From a virus, in the UHGV virus genome UHGV-0243115: a stretch of 20,346 nucleotides of DNA. One strand, written 5' to 3'. The notes under the pieces are model-generated. The model saw only the letters and a list, made by a program, of their open reading frames with translations. It did no database searches and was not told the origin of the DNA. Of this stretch, positions 1 through 8,732 are shown piece by piece; within the stretch, counting starts at the first letter, position 1; each line of letters begins with the position of its first letter. The position numbers and the translations under genes were made by a program.

Positions 1-1334
1 TATGCTGGTGACGTATGAATCGTTACGCTGGCATTACTGGTATAATCCCATTGAATATTTACACCAGTCGCATAATTTCCGATTGCAACGTAAATATCGT
101 AAGTATCACCAGATGTATTGACCCAGGCAAAATTTGTAAACCCTGCCGATGTGCGCTGCCATAAAGCACCAGTAATCCCCTTCGGATTATCATTACCTGC
201 ACGCAAAACAAGTTCAGATATACCTGCCTGTTGAGGTGACCCCACGTTAAATCCCGCGCCACCAATCAACGTAATTGAAACAACAGAACTCGCCTGCGGC
301 ATGGTTACCGTTGCTAATTTGAACCAACCAGCACCACCGCTGAATGACATAGTTGTTGAGTTAAGCGTACCAATATCTTTCGGCGTCAGTGTTATATCCG
401 CTGAAAGCGCCTTACCATTCACCTTACGGGCAGAAGGTACCCGACCATTCGCATTGTCATTAGCTGCTTTCACTGCTTTCGGTGTCGCGGCAAGCGTTTC
501 AGATGTGCTGTTAGTCGCGCTGCTTAGCTGGACAATCCCTTTTTGTGCTGTCGTAGCGTCTTGAGCGGTATATTTCCCGTTAGCAAGGTCATATGCTGTC
601 TTTACCGCTTTCGGTGTTGCGGCCAGTGCTTCAGACGTGCTGTTGGTGGCGCTACTGAGCTGGACAAGGCCTTTCCGCGCTGTGGTGGCGTCCTGCGCAG
701 TATATTTCCCGTTAGCAAGGTCATATGCTGCCTTTACCGCCTTTGGTGTTGCAGCCTGTGTTTCAGACACGCTGTTAGTGTCGCTACTGAGTTGAACAAA
801 GCCTCTTGCGGTCAGTGAGGCGTCCGGGTGACGTCGTGACTGTTCATGCTCTTTCAGTTTGTCATCCACGTAATCCATGGTGGCCATCACCATGGTGTTA
901 TCCACGGTAAGTGCCACAGTGGCAGTGCTGGATACGGTCAGAATGGTGCGAAATGTTTGTGCACGTCCTGACCCTTCGGCAACGGTAGGTTTGTAACTTT
1001 CGGCAGTATTGCCCACCGCGATTAAATCGCCGTGCTCATCAAACACACCAATTTCCCTGATCCAGAATCCGCCCGTTTCTGGAGGAATAACCAGCTCCGC
1101 AATAATGCGGTTCTGATGTGTTGCGTCCAGGAAGACGCGATTAACAGTATGTCGCCACACCTCATGCACAAGACGGGTCTGCTTACTGTCTGGCGTGGGT
1201 AAAGTACCGCCGCCGTCACCCACGGCCATATGTGTCAGGCGGACAGGTTTACCATCTGGTGCGGCTGCCTGCGCTAATTTTTTTGCACCCGTATCGGTGA
1301 TAACGGTTTTAAATTTTCGTGTTGTGGTACTCAT
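1..1334 (-). CDS. H: Tail fiber protein gpH, N-terminal ~444 codons (partial; 3' end beyond window start)
   Basis: Manual minus-strand translation from ATG at 1334..1332 is open to position 1 (MSTTTRKFKTVITDTGAKKLAQAAAPDGKPVRLTHMAVGDGGG...). Resembles the P2 gpH N-terminal domain and contains three ~44-aa tail-fibre repeats. Not in the ORF track because there is no stop inside the window. Confidence 0.88.
   Translation of the reverse strand, partial: MSTTTRKFKTVITDTGAKKLAQAAAPDGKPVRLTHMAVGDGGGTLPTPDSKQTRLVHEVWRHTVNRVFLDATHQNRIIAELVIPPETGGFWIREIGVFDEHGDLIAVGNTAESYKPTVAEGSGRAQTFRTILTVSSTATVALTVDNTMVMATMDYVDDKLKEHEQSRRHPDASLTARGFVQLSSDTNSVSETQAATPKAVKAAYDLANGKYTAQDATTARKGLVQLSSATNSTSEALAATPKAVKTAYDLANGKYTAQDATTAQKGIVQLSSATNSTSETLAATPKAVKAANDNANGRVPSARKVNGKALSADITLTPKDIGTLNSTTMSFSGGAGWFKLATVTMPQASSVVSITLIGGAGFNVGSPQQAGISELVLRAGNDNPKGITGALWQRTSAGFTNFAWVNTSGDTYDIYVAIGNYATGVNIQWDYTSNASVTIHTSPA
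437..832 (-). repeat. Three tandem 132-bp coding repeats inside H (44-aa tail-fibre repeat)
   Basis: Copies at ~701-832, 569-700 and a diverged copy at ~437-568; e.g. tatatttcccgttagcaaggtcatatgctg occurs at 569-598 and 701-730. Encoded units: GFVQLSSDTNSVSETQAATPKAVKAAYDLANGKYTAQDATTA / GLVQLSSATNSTSEALAATPKAVKTAYDLANGKYTAQDATTA / GIVQLSSATNSTSETLAATPKAVKAAN... Confidence 0.85.
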
Positions 1335-1336
1335 GC

Positions 1337-1867
1337 TTAATCGCCTGGATAAATGGTAATAACTTCACCGTCATAAGTTGCCGCCGCTGCGAAAATATCC
1401 CCCGGAATTTCCTGAATGATATTCAGCCCTGTCATGTGGCGGCTGACCGGGCGGGCATCAGCAATCAACCGCTCCATTTCCAGATACATTTCCTCCGTCA
1501 CGCCACTGTCCAGCGTGCCGACTTCAACGGTAAATGTTCCCGGTTCTCCGCCGAATTCCCACCACTCAGACACGCGAATGAGGTATCCCAGCGGCTCAAT
1601 GGCCCGGCGCAGTGCGCTGATGGTTCCCTTGTGTCGGTGTATCAGCCATGCATCACGAATAACCTGTCGCTTTGTCTCTTCCGGCCAGTTGCGATCCCAG
1701 CGGTCAACGGAAAATGCCCATGCGAGATAAGGCAGCAGATGCACCGGGCAGGTGTCCGGTGACCACAGCGTGTTGAGGTCTACCGGGATGTCTGTAATGC
1801 GCGCTCCGACAGCTTCGGCGCAACGCATGAAACTGCTGGCTGATGGCGGTAACAGTGAATTACTCAT
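1337..1867 (-). CDS. I: Baseplate/tail protein gpI
   Basis: ORF track 1337..1900; likely true start is the ATG at 1867 (MSNSLLPPSASSFMRCAEAV...), which overlaps the J stop by a few nt. Position between J and H matches P2 order. Confidence 0.8.
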   Translation of the reverse strand: MSNSLLPPSASSFMRCAEAVGARITDIPVDLNTLWSPDTCPVHLLPYLAWAFSVDRWDRNWPEETKRQVIRDAWLIHRHKGTISALRRAIEPLGYLIRVSEWWEFGGEPGTFTVEVGTLDSGVTEEMYLEMERLIADARPVSRHMTGLNIIQEIPGDIFAAAATYDGEVITIYPGD

Positions 1868-2756
1868 TACGCCCACCTTCGCTGATGGTGAATGACTCAC
1901 AGCGCGCCGCCTGTATGTCGCTGATGGCCATATTCTGTGTGGGTTCGATTATCTCCACGCGTTGCACGCCGTGCACATGAAGTGCGGCAGCAATGGCGGA
2001 CAGCGCCACGTCCTGACCGATAAGCCCCTGTTCAGCCAGCCACTTCCTGAACGACGATTCAGCCGCAGCCAGAATAGGTTCGGATTCCGGGCCGGGGTAA
2101 AAGTACAGTTTTGCATTCAGCCGCCATGTCACGATTCTGGCGCTCTGTACCGTCAGGCGGTCGGCCACCGGGCGGGTATCCTCTGCATTCAGAACGGCGC
2201 GAACGGTATTAAGCAACGCCTCCGTTGCTGTGCCGTCGCCTTCAGTGGACAGAATGGAAACCGTCACACAGGCCGGAGACGGGCTGATAGCTCGCGCATC
2301 GCGCACCAGACCGCTGGCGCTGCGTGCAAAATACTCGTATGCACCTGACGGGCCAGCAACACTCAGGCCGTCGTACGCCCGCTGCGCCCGCAATCTCAGC
2401 GAGGTGTCGCTCTCCATCACCGCGTCGGTGGTATCCGTTGCCGGAGTGATAACCAGGCGCTTTGTGTTCATATTGCCCGCGAGGTTGTCCAGGTTTGTCC
2501 CTGAACCGTGGCTTAACATGCAGGCGCGTGCGCCCTCGTTAACCCGCTGGCGTAACAGCATTTCACGAAAAGACATGGTTTGAGCGATAACGTTCAGGGG
2601 TTCCGATTCCAGCTCCAGCGCGGCGGAGACGGCTTCACGCTGTTCGGCAGGATAGGACGCAATCATCATGGCCTTTGTGTCAGCCAGAATTGCCTCAAAG
2701 TCAGGCTCCGCTATGATGGCGGGTTCCGGTAACTGGGAAAGGTCAACGGCAGGCAT
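1860..2756 (-). CDS. J: Baseplate assembly protein gpJ
   Basis: 298-aa ORF with P2 gpJ-like sequence and synteny W-J-I-H. Confidence 0.88.
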   Translation of the reverse strand: MPAVDLSQLPEPAIIAEPDFEAILADTKAMMIASYPAEQREAVSAALELESEPLNVIAQTMSFREMLLRQRVNEGARACMLSHGSGTNLDNLAGNMNTKRLVITPATDTTDAVMESDTSLRLRAQRAYDGLSVAGPSGAYEYFARSASGLVRDARAISPSPACVTVSILSTEGDGTATEALLNTVRAVLNAEDTRPVADRLTVQSARIVTWRLNAKLYFYPGPESEPILAAAESSFRKWLAEQGLIGQDVALSAIAAALHVHGVQRVEIIEPTQNMAISDIQAARCESFTISEGGRNE

Positions 2757-2759
2757 GAT

Positions 2760-3110
2760 TTACTCTCTCAGCGTGATGGTTAATTCAACATTCTGCATGG
2801 TCTGCATGACAGTGCCCGACAGCGTCACCCCAGCGCGGCCTCCTGCTTTCCAGACAACATCGATGGCATCCAGGGCAATGCGGGGTTCCCATCGTGTCAG
2901 TGCAATCACGGCAGCACTCATGCATTGCAGACGCGTGGTGTTATTCATGGGTTCGTCAATCAAATCAGGCACAAGGCTGCCATATTCCCGTCGCATAACC
3001 CGGCTTGCCAGCGGGGTGGTCAGGATGTGCCTGACTGACTGTTTCAGGTGCTCCATATCGTTCAGGTTTCCCGTCCCGTCCGGATTCATTCCTGTGTAGC
3101 GGGTTGTCAC
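2760..3110 (-). CDS. W: Baseplate wedge protein gpW (gp25/lysozyme-like fold family)
   Basis: 116-aa ORF; size, sequence character and position between V and J match P2 gpW. Confidence 0.82.
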   Translation of the reverse strand: MTTRYTGMNPDGTGNLNDMEHLKQSVRHILTTPLASRVMRREYGSLVPDLIDEPMNNTTRLQCMSAAVIALTRWEPRIALDAIDVVWKAGGRAGVTLSGTVMQTMQNVELTITLRE

Positions 3111-3688
3111 TGCGGGCCTCCTGTCGAATCGCTGCCACCTTTAACGCCACCGTGCTTATGCGTATGCACTGTGATGCCGTTTGAGGTGAAATCGCCGCCG
3201 CTGTGCGTGATATTGCCGCTCATCTTTCCCCCTTTTGTGACGTCAAGCGTCGCTGTTCTCAGAAGGTCTGTGCATTCCACGACAGGCGTATCCAGTGTCA
3301 CGCTGACGGATGCCTGCAGGGTGGCTGTTTTCATGCCGCTGGCGCTCAGTGCGCCTGCGTCTGCGTCGTAGCGGAACACCGCGCCATCCGGCGCGCTGAC
3401 CACGATTTCTTTCAGGCTTTTGCCGGGGGCCGGATTGGCATCACTCCACAGGCTGCCGATTATCATGGCGGTTTCCGGATTGCCGCCGATGCAGGCAATT
3501 ACCACCTGTTCGCCGGGTGATGGCGGCAGCCACACATTGAAGGCACCTGCGCGCGTGGTGTTCCAGCGCAGCCAGCCTGTTTCCAGTTCGCCGCTGCGAA
3601 CGCGCACGCACCAGGATCCCTCATCAACTTCAGAGATGATCCCGGTGCGGATGATATTGCTCAGCAGTCGCATGAGTTCTGCGCTCAC
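3107..3688 (-). CDS. V: Baseplate spike/assembly protein gpV
   Basis: 193-aa ORF with Gly-rich C-terminus (HTHKHGGVKGGSDSTGG); 4-nt overlaps with S upstream and W downstream. Confidence 0.82.
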   Translation of the reverse strand: MSAELMRLLSNIIRTGIISEVDEGSWCVRVRSGELETGWLRWNTTRAGAFNVWLPPSPGEQVVIACIGGNPETAMIIGSLWSDANPAPGKSLKEIVVSAPDGAVFRYDADAGALSASGMKTATLQASVSVTLDTPVVECTDLLRTATLDVTKGGKMSGNITHSGGDFTSNGITVHTHKHGGVKGGSDSTGGPQ

Positions 3689-4329
3689 CGTACAGCCTCC
3701 GCAATCCGGCCCAGCACAGTGTTATAAATCAGGCGCTCATCTGCCTGACTGATGCCCAACAGCTCACGTACCGGGTAATCGGTGAAAATGCCCGGCGCAA
3801 CCTGATCGCGCTCACCGAACTGATGAACGCGTGCAATACGTGCAGCCACGCCGCTGTAACCCACCGTCACACCGGAAGCATCTGCACGGGCTTTCAGGTA
3901 GCGGGCGGTGCGCATTTTTACGAACATGGGGACGCGCTTTGTGCTGTCCTGGTTGATGCGCCGGGTGCGTATTTCCAGAAAACGGTCGATGTCATCCCGG
4001 TAAAACGTGCGGATATTGTTTTTATCCTCATCCCACCCGGTAATGGTTCGCCCGTATTTCCCCGTGTCGTGATGCCAGTTTTTCAGCGTGCGTGCTTCGT
4101 TATTCCAGATAAAGCGAATGCGTTCCTGTATCCGGGTTACGCGGCGTCTGCGTGGTGTCCACGCGGTCCCGTCCGGCGCTTTCTGTGACCGGATACGCGC
4201 CTGCTGGGCGCGGCGTAAATCCTGTGCCAGCTTTCTGGCGATGTTATTGATGGCCTGCTGATTCAGGCTGTCGCGGATGGCCTCAAAGGTTTCATCCACG
4301 CGGGTGAATGCCTTATCCATCGCTTTCAC
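3685..4329 (-). CDS. S: Tail completion / virion morphogenesis protein gpS (N-terminal extent uncertain)
   Basis: 214-aa ORF directly downstream of R; basic Arg-rich protein. It is longer than I recall for P2 gpS, so the true start may be internal. Confidence 0.7.
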   Translation of the reverse strand: MKAMDKAFTRVDETFEAIRDSLNQQAINNIARKLAQDLRRAQQARIRSQKAPDGTAWTPRRRRVTRIQERIRFIWNNEARTLKNWHHDTGKYGRTITGWDEDKNNIRTFYRDDIDRFLEIRTRRINQDSTKRVPMFVKMRTARYLKARADASGVTVGYSGVAARIARVHQFGERDQVAPGIFTDYPVRELLGISQADERLIYNTVLGRIAEAVR

Positions 4330-4780
4330 CCCACGTCACATCCTGGAATACATGCGACCAGTCGCCTTCGGAAGATGGCAGGCGGGGTTTTGGCTCAGGC
4401 AGGTGTTCTGCCTGCGGTGTGCCCTGACTGCTGCGCGTGATGCGAACGCGTTCCCGCAGGGGGAGCGTAAACAGGAGATCGGCGCTGTCATCGTCATTGA
4501 TAACGGCGGAGAATTTGATGTCCTGATTACGCTCCGGATTGAGCAACAACTGTGGCTGATTTTCGGATAACCACGCCAGCAGCGGCAGCGTGAGGTCGTC
4601 CAGCTCCCCGGCGTAATCCATGACAAACATCACCATCTGATAGCGGTAAACAAACGAGGGCGTTTCTCCGGTCGTTTCAATGTTGCCGCTCTCCACGAAA
4701 ATGGTGAATTTTTCCGGGTTGGCCTGACACCATCGGCATGAACGGGTCATGGCTTCACGCAGGGAATCAGTTTTCAGCAT
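4313..4780 (-). CDS. R: Tail completion protein gpR
   Basis: 155-aa ORF MLKTDSLREAMTR... closely resembles the P2 gpR N-terminus (MLKPDSLR...); follows the lysis cassette as in P2. Confidence 0.82.
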   Translation of the reverse strand: MLKTDSLREAMTRSCRWCQANPEKFTIFVESGNIETTGETPSFVYRYQMVMFVMDYAGELDDLTLPLLAWLSENQPQLLLNPERNQDIKFSAVINDDDSADLLFTLPLRERVRITRSSQGTPQAEHLPEPKPRLPSSEGDWSHVFQDVTWGESDG

Positions 4781-5057
4781 GGTTGTTATCCTCGTTGTTC
4801 AGTCGTTGCAGCCTGCGCTGTTCCAGTAATTCAATGGCCCGTTTATCCGCGTTACAGGTTTCCAGTGCATCCAGAAGGCGGTCGCCCCATATACCGAGAT
4901 TTCCCCAGGTGGGAGTATCAGGGAAGGGGGGAGGCGTTACCGGTATGGTCAGCGTCTGCGGTATAAGCCGGACTGACGGCGCTGGCAGTGGCGCGTTCTG
5001 CGTGCCTGCGCAGCCTGTCAGTAAAACGAGCGTCAGGCAAAGCGTGGGCGCATTCAT
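4767..5057 (-). CDS. o-spanin (Rz1/LysC-like outer-membrane lipoprotein), embedded/overlapped with the i-spanin gene
   Basis: Internal ATG at 5057 of track ORF 4767..5087 gives MNAPTLCLTLVLLTGCAGTQ... with a lipobox (LLTGC) and Pro-rich mature region. It starts inside the i-spanin frame and extends past its stop. Confidence 0.6.
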   Translation of the reverse strand: MNAPTLCLTLVLLTGCAGTQNAPLPAPSVRLIPQTLTIPVTPPPFPDTPTWGNLGIWGDRLLDALETCNADKRAIELLEQRRLQRLNNEDNNHAEN

Positions 5058-5325
5058 CTTTTGCAATATCGTTGCGTAGCTGTTCACGTCTTACCTCTCC
5101 GTCCTGATTGCGTTGCTGATTTTCCACGCGGAGTTGCGCCAGCACCTGCTGCATATCCTGTACCCCGGCGCTGATGATATTCAGGGTGTCGGCGGTACTT
5201 TTCAGGGTGCTGGCCTGCGCTTCGTTTCTGGCGTTCTCCCGGCCCAGCGACCACGACAGACGCATGGATGTTCCCCATGCGGCAATCAGAAGGAAAGCGA
5301 CGCCCAGCGTGGGCCAGAGCTTCAT
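4918..5325 (-). CDS. i-spanin (Rz/LysB-like)
   Basis: ATG at 5325 overlaps the endolysin stop (ATGA). MKLWPTLGVAFLLIAAWG... has an N-terminal TM helix followed by a charged coiled-coil-like region. Confidence 0.7.
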   Translation of the reverse strand: MKLWPTLGVAFLLIAAWGTSMRLSWSLGRENARNEAQASTLKSTADTLNIISAGVQDMQQVLAQLRVENQQRNQDGEVRREQLRNDIAKDECAHALPDARFTDRLRRHAERATASAVSPAYTADADHTGNASPLP

Positions 5326-5714
5326 GCCGGATAGGCTCCGTGTGGTAACTGAAAATGCGGTCCGTCTTTCAGGGTCTTCCAGTCGCCGCCCCATTCCACC
5401 GGAATATTCAGTTCCCGGCTGGCCTGTCTGAATGCTGCTGCGATTTTTTCGTACAGCGGCCATTCCCATGACACCTGGCTGCCGATATAAGCCACAACAT
5501 CCACGGCATGTCCCGTAAGGTGGCGGCTGTTCATGGTCTGGCTCTTACCTGTGGCCACAAGTTGCTTCTGGCGGTAACGGCTGCGCAACCCTTCGGTGAT
5601 ACCAAAATCCACTTCCGAAATTTCCAGTGCCCGTCTGGTCACTTTCACCAGATCAGGATTTACGCCCTGCAAATTCTTTTCGCTCCGGCTGCTGAATTTA
5701 AATGTGTTGCTCAT
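5322..5714 (-). CDS. Endolysin, peptidase M15 (VanY/L-Ala-D-Glu peptidase-like) family
   Basis: 130-aa ORF with zinc-peptidase motifs SRHLTGHAVDV ... WGGDW ... DGPHFQL; sits between holin and spanins. Confidence 0.8.
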   Translation of the reverse strand: MSNTFKFSSRSEKNLQGVNPDLVKVTRRALEISEVDFGITEGLRSRYRQKQLVATGKSQTMNSRHLTGHAVDVVAYIGSQVSWEWPLYEKIAAAFRQASRELNIPVEWGGDWKTLKDGPHFQLPHGAYPA

Positions 5715-6034
5715 TCGTCCTTCTCCTTCACCCTGCGATTAAAGGCAGCAATAACCTTGTCGCGTGCTTTCTCTGCCCCCATAAAACCGATTGATGCGCC
5801 GATAAACGTCACGGCATCTTCAGGAAAACCGAAGAAGCGCAACGACCCGGCCACGGCCATGGCAAGAACGCCGCACGCCAGCGATCCCGTTACGGTCTGA
5901 ACCAGTGTTCGTCCGTCATAAAGACTCATCAGCGCGGAAATGCTGACCGCCGCGCCTACTGCATACACCGTTGGCAGGTGGTCAAAGAGCCATGCAATAA
6001 CCTGCTCTGTGATCCCTGTTTGAATGGTGCTCAC
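5711..6034 (-). CDS. Holin (class I-like, three predicted TM segments); start codon uncertain
   Basis: In-frame GTG at 6034 just after the X stop, preceded by GGGGGGAG. Product has hydrophobic stretches and a charged C-tail KARDKVIAAFNRRVKEKDE. Track ORF 5711..6253 over-extends into X; alternative ATG at 5929. Confidence 0.55.
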   Translation of the reverse strand: MSTIQTGITEQVIAWLFDHLPTVYAVGAAVSISALMSLYDGRTLVQTVTGSLACGVLAMAVAGSLRFFGFPEDAVTFIGASIGFMGAEKARDKVIAAFNRRVKEKDE

Positions 6035-6036
6035 TG

Positions 6037-6243
6037 CTACTCCCCCCACAACTGAATCATTTCTCGTTTCTTCTTCTCCGGCTCCGGCATCTCCACTTCC
6101 TGCCCGGCGTCCAGAAATACCTGCTGACAGAGTCCGGGGTTTGCATCCAGCACCTTTTCGGTGACGCCCTGCGTCGTGCCGTAGTACCGGAAACAGAGCG
6201 AATCCACGGTGTCGCTTTCCAGTGCCTTCACTTTCATCAGCAC
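6037..6243 (-). CDS. X: Tail protein gpX
   Basis: 68-aa ORF ...SLCFRYYGTTQGVTEKVLDANPGL... resembles P2 gpX; position between L and the holin. Confidence 0.8.
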   Translation of the reverse strand: MLMKVKALESDTVDSLCFRYYGTTQGVTEKVLDANPGLCQQVFLDAGQEVEMPEPEKKKREMIQLWGE

Positions 6244-6740
6244 AACTCCGCAAAGATTCGCGGGCGGCGCAGAATGTCAGAGATGGCCCAGCTCACATCG
6301 CGCCACAAATCCGATGTCTGTATATCCAGTGCGTCCGCGCGGCGGTCGCCCTTATCCGTTGTGTCCGCATCGCGGTAACGCTCCAGAATCAGGGCGCGTG
6401 TGGCGGTATAAACGGCATTGCGCCAGTGCCAGAGATTGACGCTTTCTCCGTTAATTACGGGTGCCGGAACATCGGCCAGCGTCTGATGGCCAGCCGCCTG
6501 CTGTTCCTGCTGCCACGCTTCCAGCTCGCGGGTAACGTGTGCCACGGCCCCGGTGGCGGTATGCAGCAGGCGGGAGGTGGTCACACGGCCCGGCAGTCGT
6601 ATCGCCAGACGCAGCTCACGCAGCACAATATCCGGCCAGAATGCACCCGCTGAAATACGGGTATCACCATCATCGGTATCGGTGATGTCGTCCTCTGCGG
6701 GTCCGGGGTTGGTTCTGGCAACCATACTCATGGGGTTCAC
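6237..6740 (-). CDS. L: Head completion/stabilization protein gpL
   Basis: 167-aa ORF (GTG start per track; alternative ATG at 6731); position after M; acidic N-terminus typical of gpL-like proteins. Confidence 0.78.
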   Translation of the reverse strand: MNPMSMVARTNPGPAEDDITDTDDGDTRISAGAFWPDIVLRELRLAIRLPGRVTTSRLLHTATGAVAHVTRELEAWQQEQQAAGHQTLADVPAPVINGESVNLWHWRNAVYTATRALILERYRDADTTDKGDRRADALDIQTSDLWRDVSWAISDILRRPRIFAELC

Positions 6741-6745
6741 TCCTG

Positions 6746-6817
6746 AAAAAAATCGGGCGGTGGGTGCGCGGTGTAAACGGTCACGGAGTCAAACCGGAAC
6801 ACCGCGCACGCCGCCCG
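6746..6817 (-). terminator. Candidate intrinsic terminator/attenuator between M and L (long GC stem followed by U7 on the minus-strand transcript)
   Basis: Arms 6754-6773 (cgggcggtgggtgcgcggtg) and 6800-6817 (caccgcgcacgccgcccg) are near-perfect inverted repeats; A7 at 6746-6752 on plus strand = T7 directly after the stem on the minus strand. Confidence 0.4.
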
Positions 6818-6833
6818 CTGACGGGGTCAGTCG

Positions 6834-7634
6834 TTAACCGCGCTTCGCCTTCTGCGTCGCGGTGGTTTTTCGTGTTGCAGGCTTCCGCGTTGTCTTTTTA
6901 CTTTTGCTGCTTTCGTCCTGCGCCTGCGGTGTGCTGGCATCTTCTGGTGCGGCTGCGGAATCGGCTTTTTTCAGGGCGCGGGAAAGGGTTGCAATCTCGC
7001 GTTTCACACCTGCGTTCGGGTTCAGGTGCATTGCTTCGCGCAGCAGCTTCAGTGACAGGGCCATGCTGTCCGCATCACTCAGACCACGACGGGCAAAGGC
7101 GCACGCCTTGCATAATTTGGCGCGCACTTCGTCCGGCATGTCCTGGTCGGTGACAATCTCCCGGAGGGTGTCCAGTGGTTCGATAAAGGCGGACAAATCC
7201 GCGTCGGCATCCGTCCCGGCCTGCGTCAGTACCGGGTTGCAGATTTCTTCGGTCAGTACCGTGGCAGCAGTACGGCCAAAGTTATCCGGCATGATGAGGT
7301 TGTGACGGACCACATATGCACCAATACGCAGCGCCAGCGGAAGATCGCCGCAGTCAATCGCCCACACCATCAGCGTGGCAATCACTTCATCCTGCTGCCC
7401 GCCGTCAGCCTCCAGCGTTCCCTCAATCCAGCCGGAAAAGTCCGGCAACAACTCTTTTTTGATGGCGGCTTTCGCGCTTCTGGCCTGTACGCCCTTAAGC
7501 CGGGCCTGTGCCAGACGCAGACGATACAGCACCTCTTCATGCGCGGTACGCGCGGCGTGGTCCACGCCTTCATTCGCCCGGCCTGCGCGCTGTGCCATCA
7601 CGTTCTGCCAGTGTTGCTGTGCAGGAGTAATCAT
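6834..7634 (-). CDS. M: Terminase small/endonuclease subunit gpM
   Basis: 266-aa ORF with P2 gpM-like motifs (...MPDEVRAKL...AGVKREI...) and a basic Lys/Arg/Thr-rich tail; synteny N-M-L. Confidence 0.85.
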   Translation of the reverse strand: MITPAQQHWQNVMAQRAGRANEGVDHAARTAHEEVLYRLRLAQARLKGVQARSAKAAIKKELLPDFSGWIEGTLEADGGQQDEVIATLMVWAIDCGDLPLALRIGAYVVRHNLIMPDNFGRTAATVLTEEICNPVLTQAGTDADADLSAFIEPLDTLREIVTDQDMPDEVRAKLCKACAFARRGLSDADSMALSLKLLREAMHLNPNAGVKREIATLSRALKKADSAAAPEDASTPQAQDESSKSKKTTRKPATRKTTATQKAKRG

Positions 7635-7651
7635 TTTTTCTCTCCGTTACA

Positions 7652-7670
7652 GGCGGGCATGATGCCCGCC
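7652..7670. other. Perfect 19-bp palindrome (9-bp arms, 1-nt centre) in the N-M intergenic spacer
   Basis: ggcgggcat g atgcccgcc at 7652-7670, lying between the N stop (7680) and the M RBS/ATG (7634). Confidence 0.6.
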
Positions 7671-7679
7671 GTGATTTGA

Positions 7680-8732
7680 TTAGCTGTCGGCGAACTTCAG
7701 GCCAGTGACCATCGCGCACTTGCCATAGTCTTCAACGACATAAGCGTCATTGATGGACTGGTAGGTGGCGATGCGGTTGTATTCCGGCTCGTCTTTCATC
7801 AGGCGACGCATTGTTCCTTTCTGCCAGTAAATCGACAGGTTGTTGAACGAGGTGATCAGCATCGTTGAATCTGGGAAGAACGGCGCAAGGAATACATCCA
7901 GTCCGCCAATGGCGCGCGATGACAGGATGAGCTGTCCGGCAAGTAATTCCGCATTGGGATTCTGGCCGCTGATGCTGTTCAGCACGGGCAGACGCAGCGA
8001 GTTAAACAGGTTGCGCCCCATAATCACCACGAGGTCGTCAGCTTCCTTGTGCCATTCATCCAGCAGGGATGAGCGCGCGTCCTGTACCAGTGCATCAGCG
8101 TTCGCATACTTACCCGCGTGCGCCACGGTGTTGTCCATGTTGCGGGAGGTCAGCGTCACGTCATTCATTACGCGCTCGCTGGCGTCGGTTCTGATGTGCT
8201 CCAGCCATCCCACGTTAACGTCCTGAAGCAGCTTGTTGGTGCTGAAGTTGGACTCATCTGCGTGAGACGTGCCGTTGAAACCGATCATGATGCGGTCAAG
8301 CGCCACCTGCCGGGCAATCTGTGTGCTGACGCGGGACTGAAAATCAGGGTGTGCCGCCCAGGCATCAAGCTGCGGATACGAAATAAACGTGTCGTAGTTC
8401 ACCTGTTCGCACTGGTATTTGCGGTTTTTCAGATCAACCACGTTATTCGGGTTACGGCGTTTTGTGCCGTCATAACTGGTATTCGTGCGCGCAATCGGCC
8501 CGGTGGTGTCCAGGAGGATTTTTTCGCCTTTCTGGTCGGTCACACCGAACACGTTAATTTTTTTTGTAAATTCAGTGCTCTCCTTTACTGCGTTTTCAAA
8601 ACGCTGCTGCACCGAGGGTTCCACGGTAAATCGCGATACCAGTGCAGATACCGGGATGTTGTTAAGCGACGCCTGCTGCGCCATATAGCAACCCAGCTTG
8701 TTGCGGGTAATATCTGACATCACCAGATTCAT
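7680..8732 (-). CDS. N: Major capsid protein gpN
   Basis: 350-aa ORF with strong P2 gpN resemblance (FTVEPS..., ...NLSIYWQ..., ...YVVEDY...); AAGGAG RBS upstream of ATG 8732. Confidence 0.92.
   Translation of the reverse strand: MNLVMSDITRNKLGCYMAQQASLNNIPVSALVSRFTVEPSVQQRFENAVKESTEFTKKINVFGVTDQKGEKILLDTTGPIARTNTSYDGTKRRNPNNVVDLKNRKYQCEQVNYDTFISYPQLDAWAAHPDFQSRVSTQIARQVALDRIMIGFNGTSHADESNFSTNKLLQDVNVGWLEHIRTDASERVMNDVTLTSRNMDNTVAHAGKYANADALVQDARSSLLDEWHKEADDLVVIMGRNLFNSLRLPVLNSISGQNPNAELLAGQLILSSRAIGGLDVFLAPFFPDSTMLITSFNNLSIYWQKGTMRRLMKDEPEYNRIATYQSINDAYVVEDYGKCAMVTGLKFADS

Noticed and set aside
301-818. Plus-strand ORFs 301..564 and 543..818
   Set aside because: They lie antisense to the continuous gpH reading frame, are low-complexity (Cys/Arg-rich), and the second reflects the 132-bp tandem repeat; no RBS or homology support.
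8118-8717. 199-aa plus-strand ORF
   Set aside because: Antisense to the major capsid gene N.
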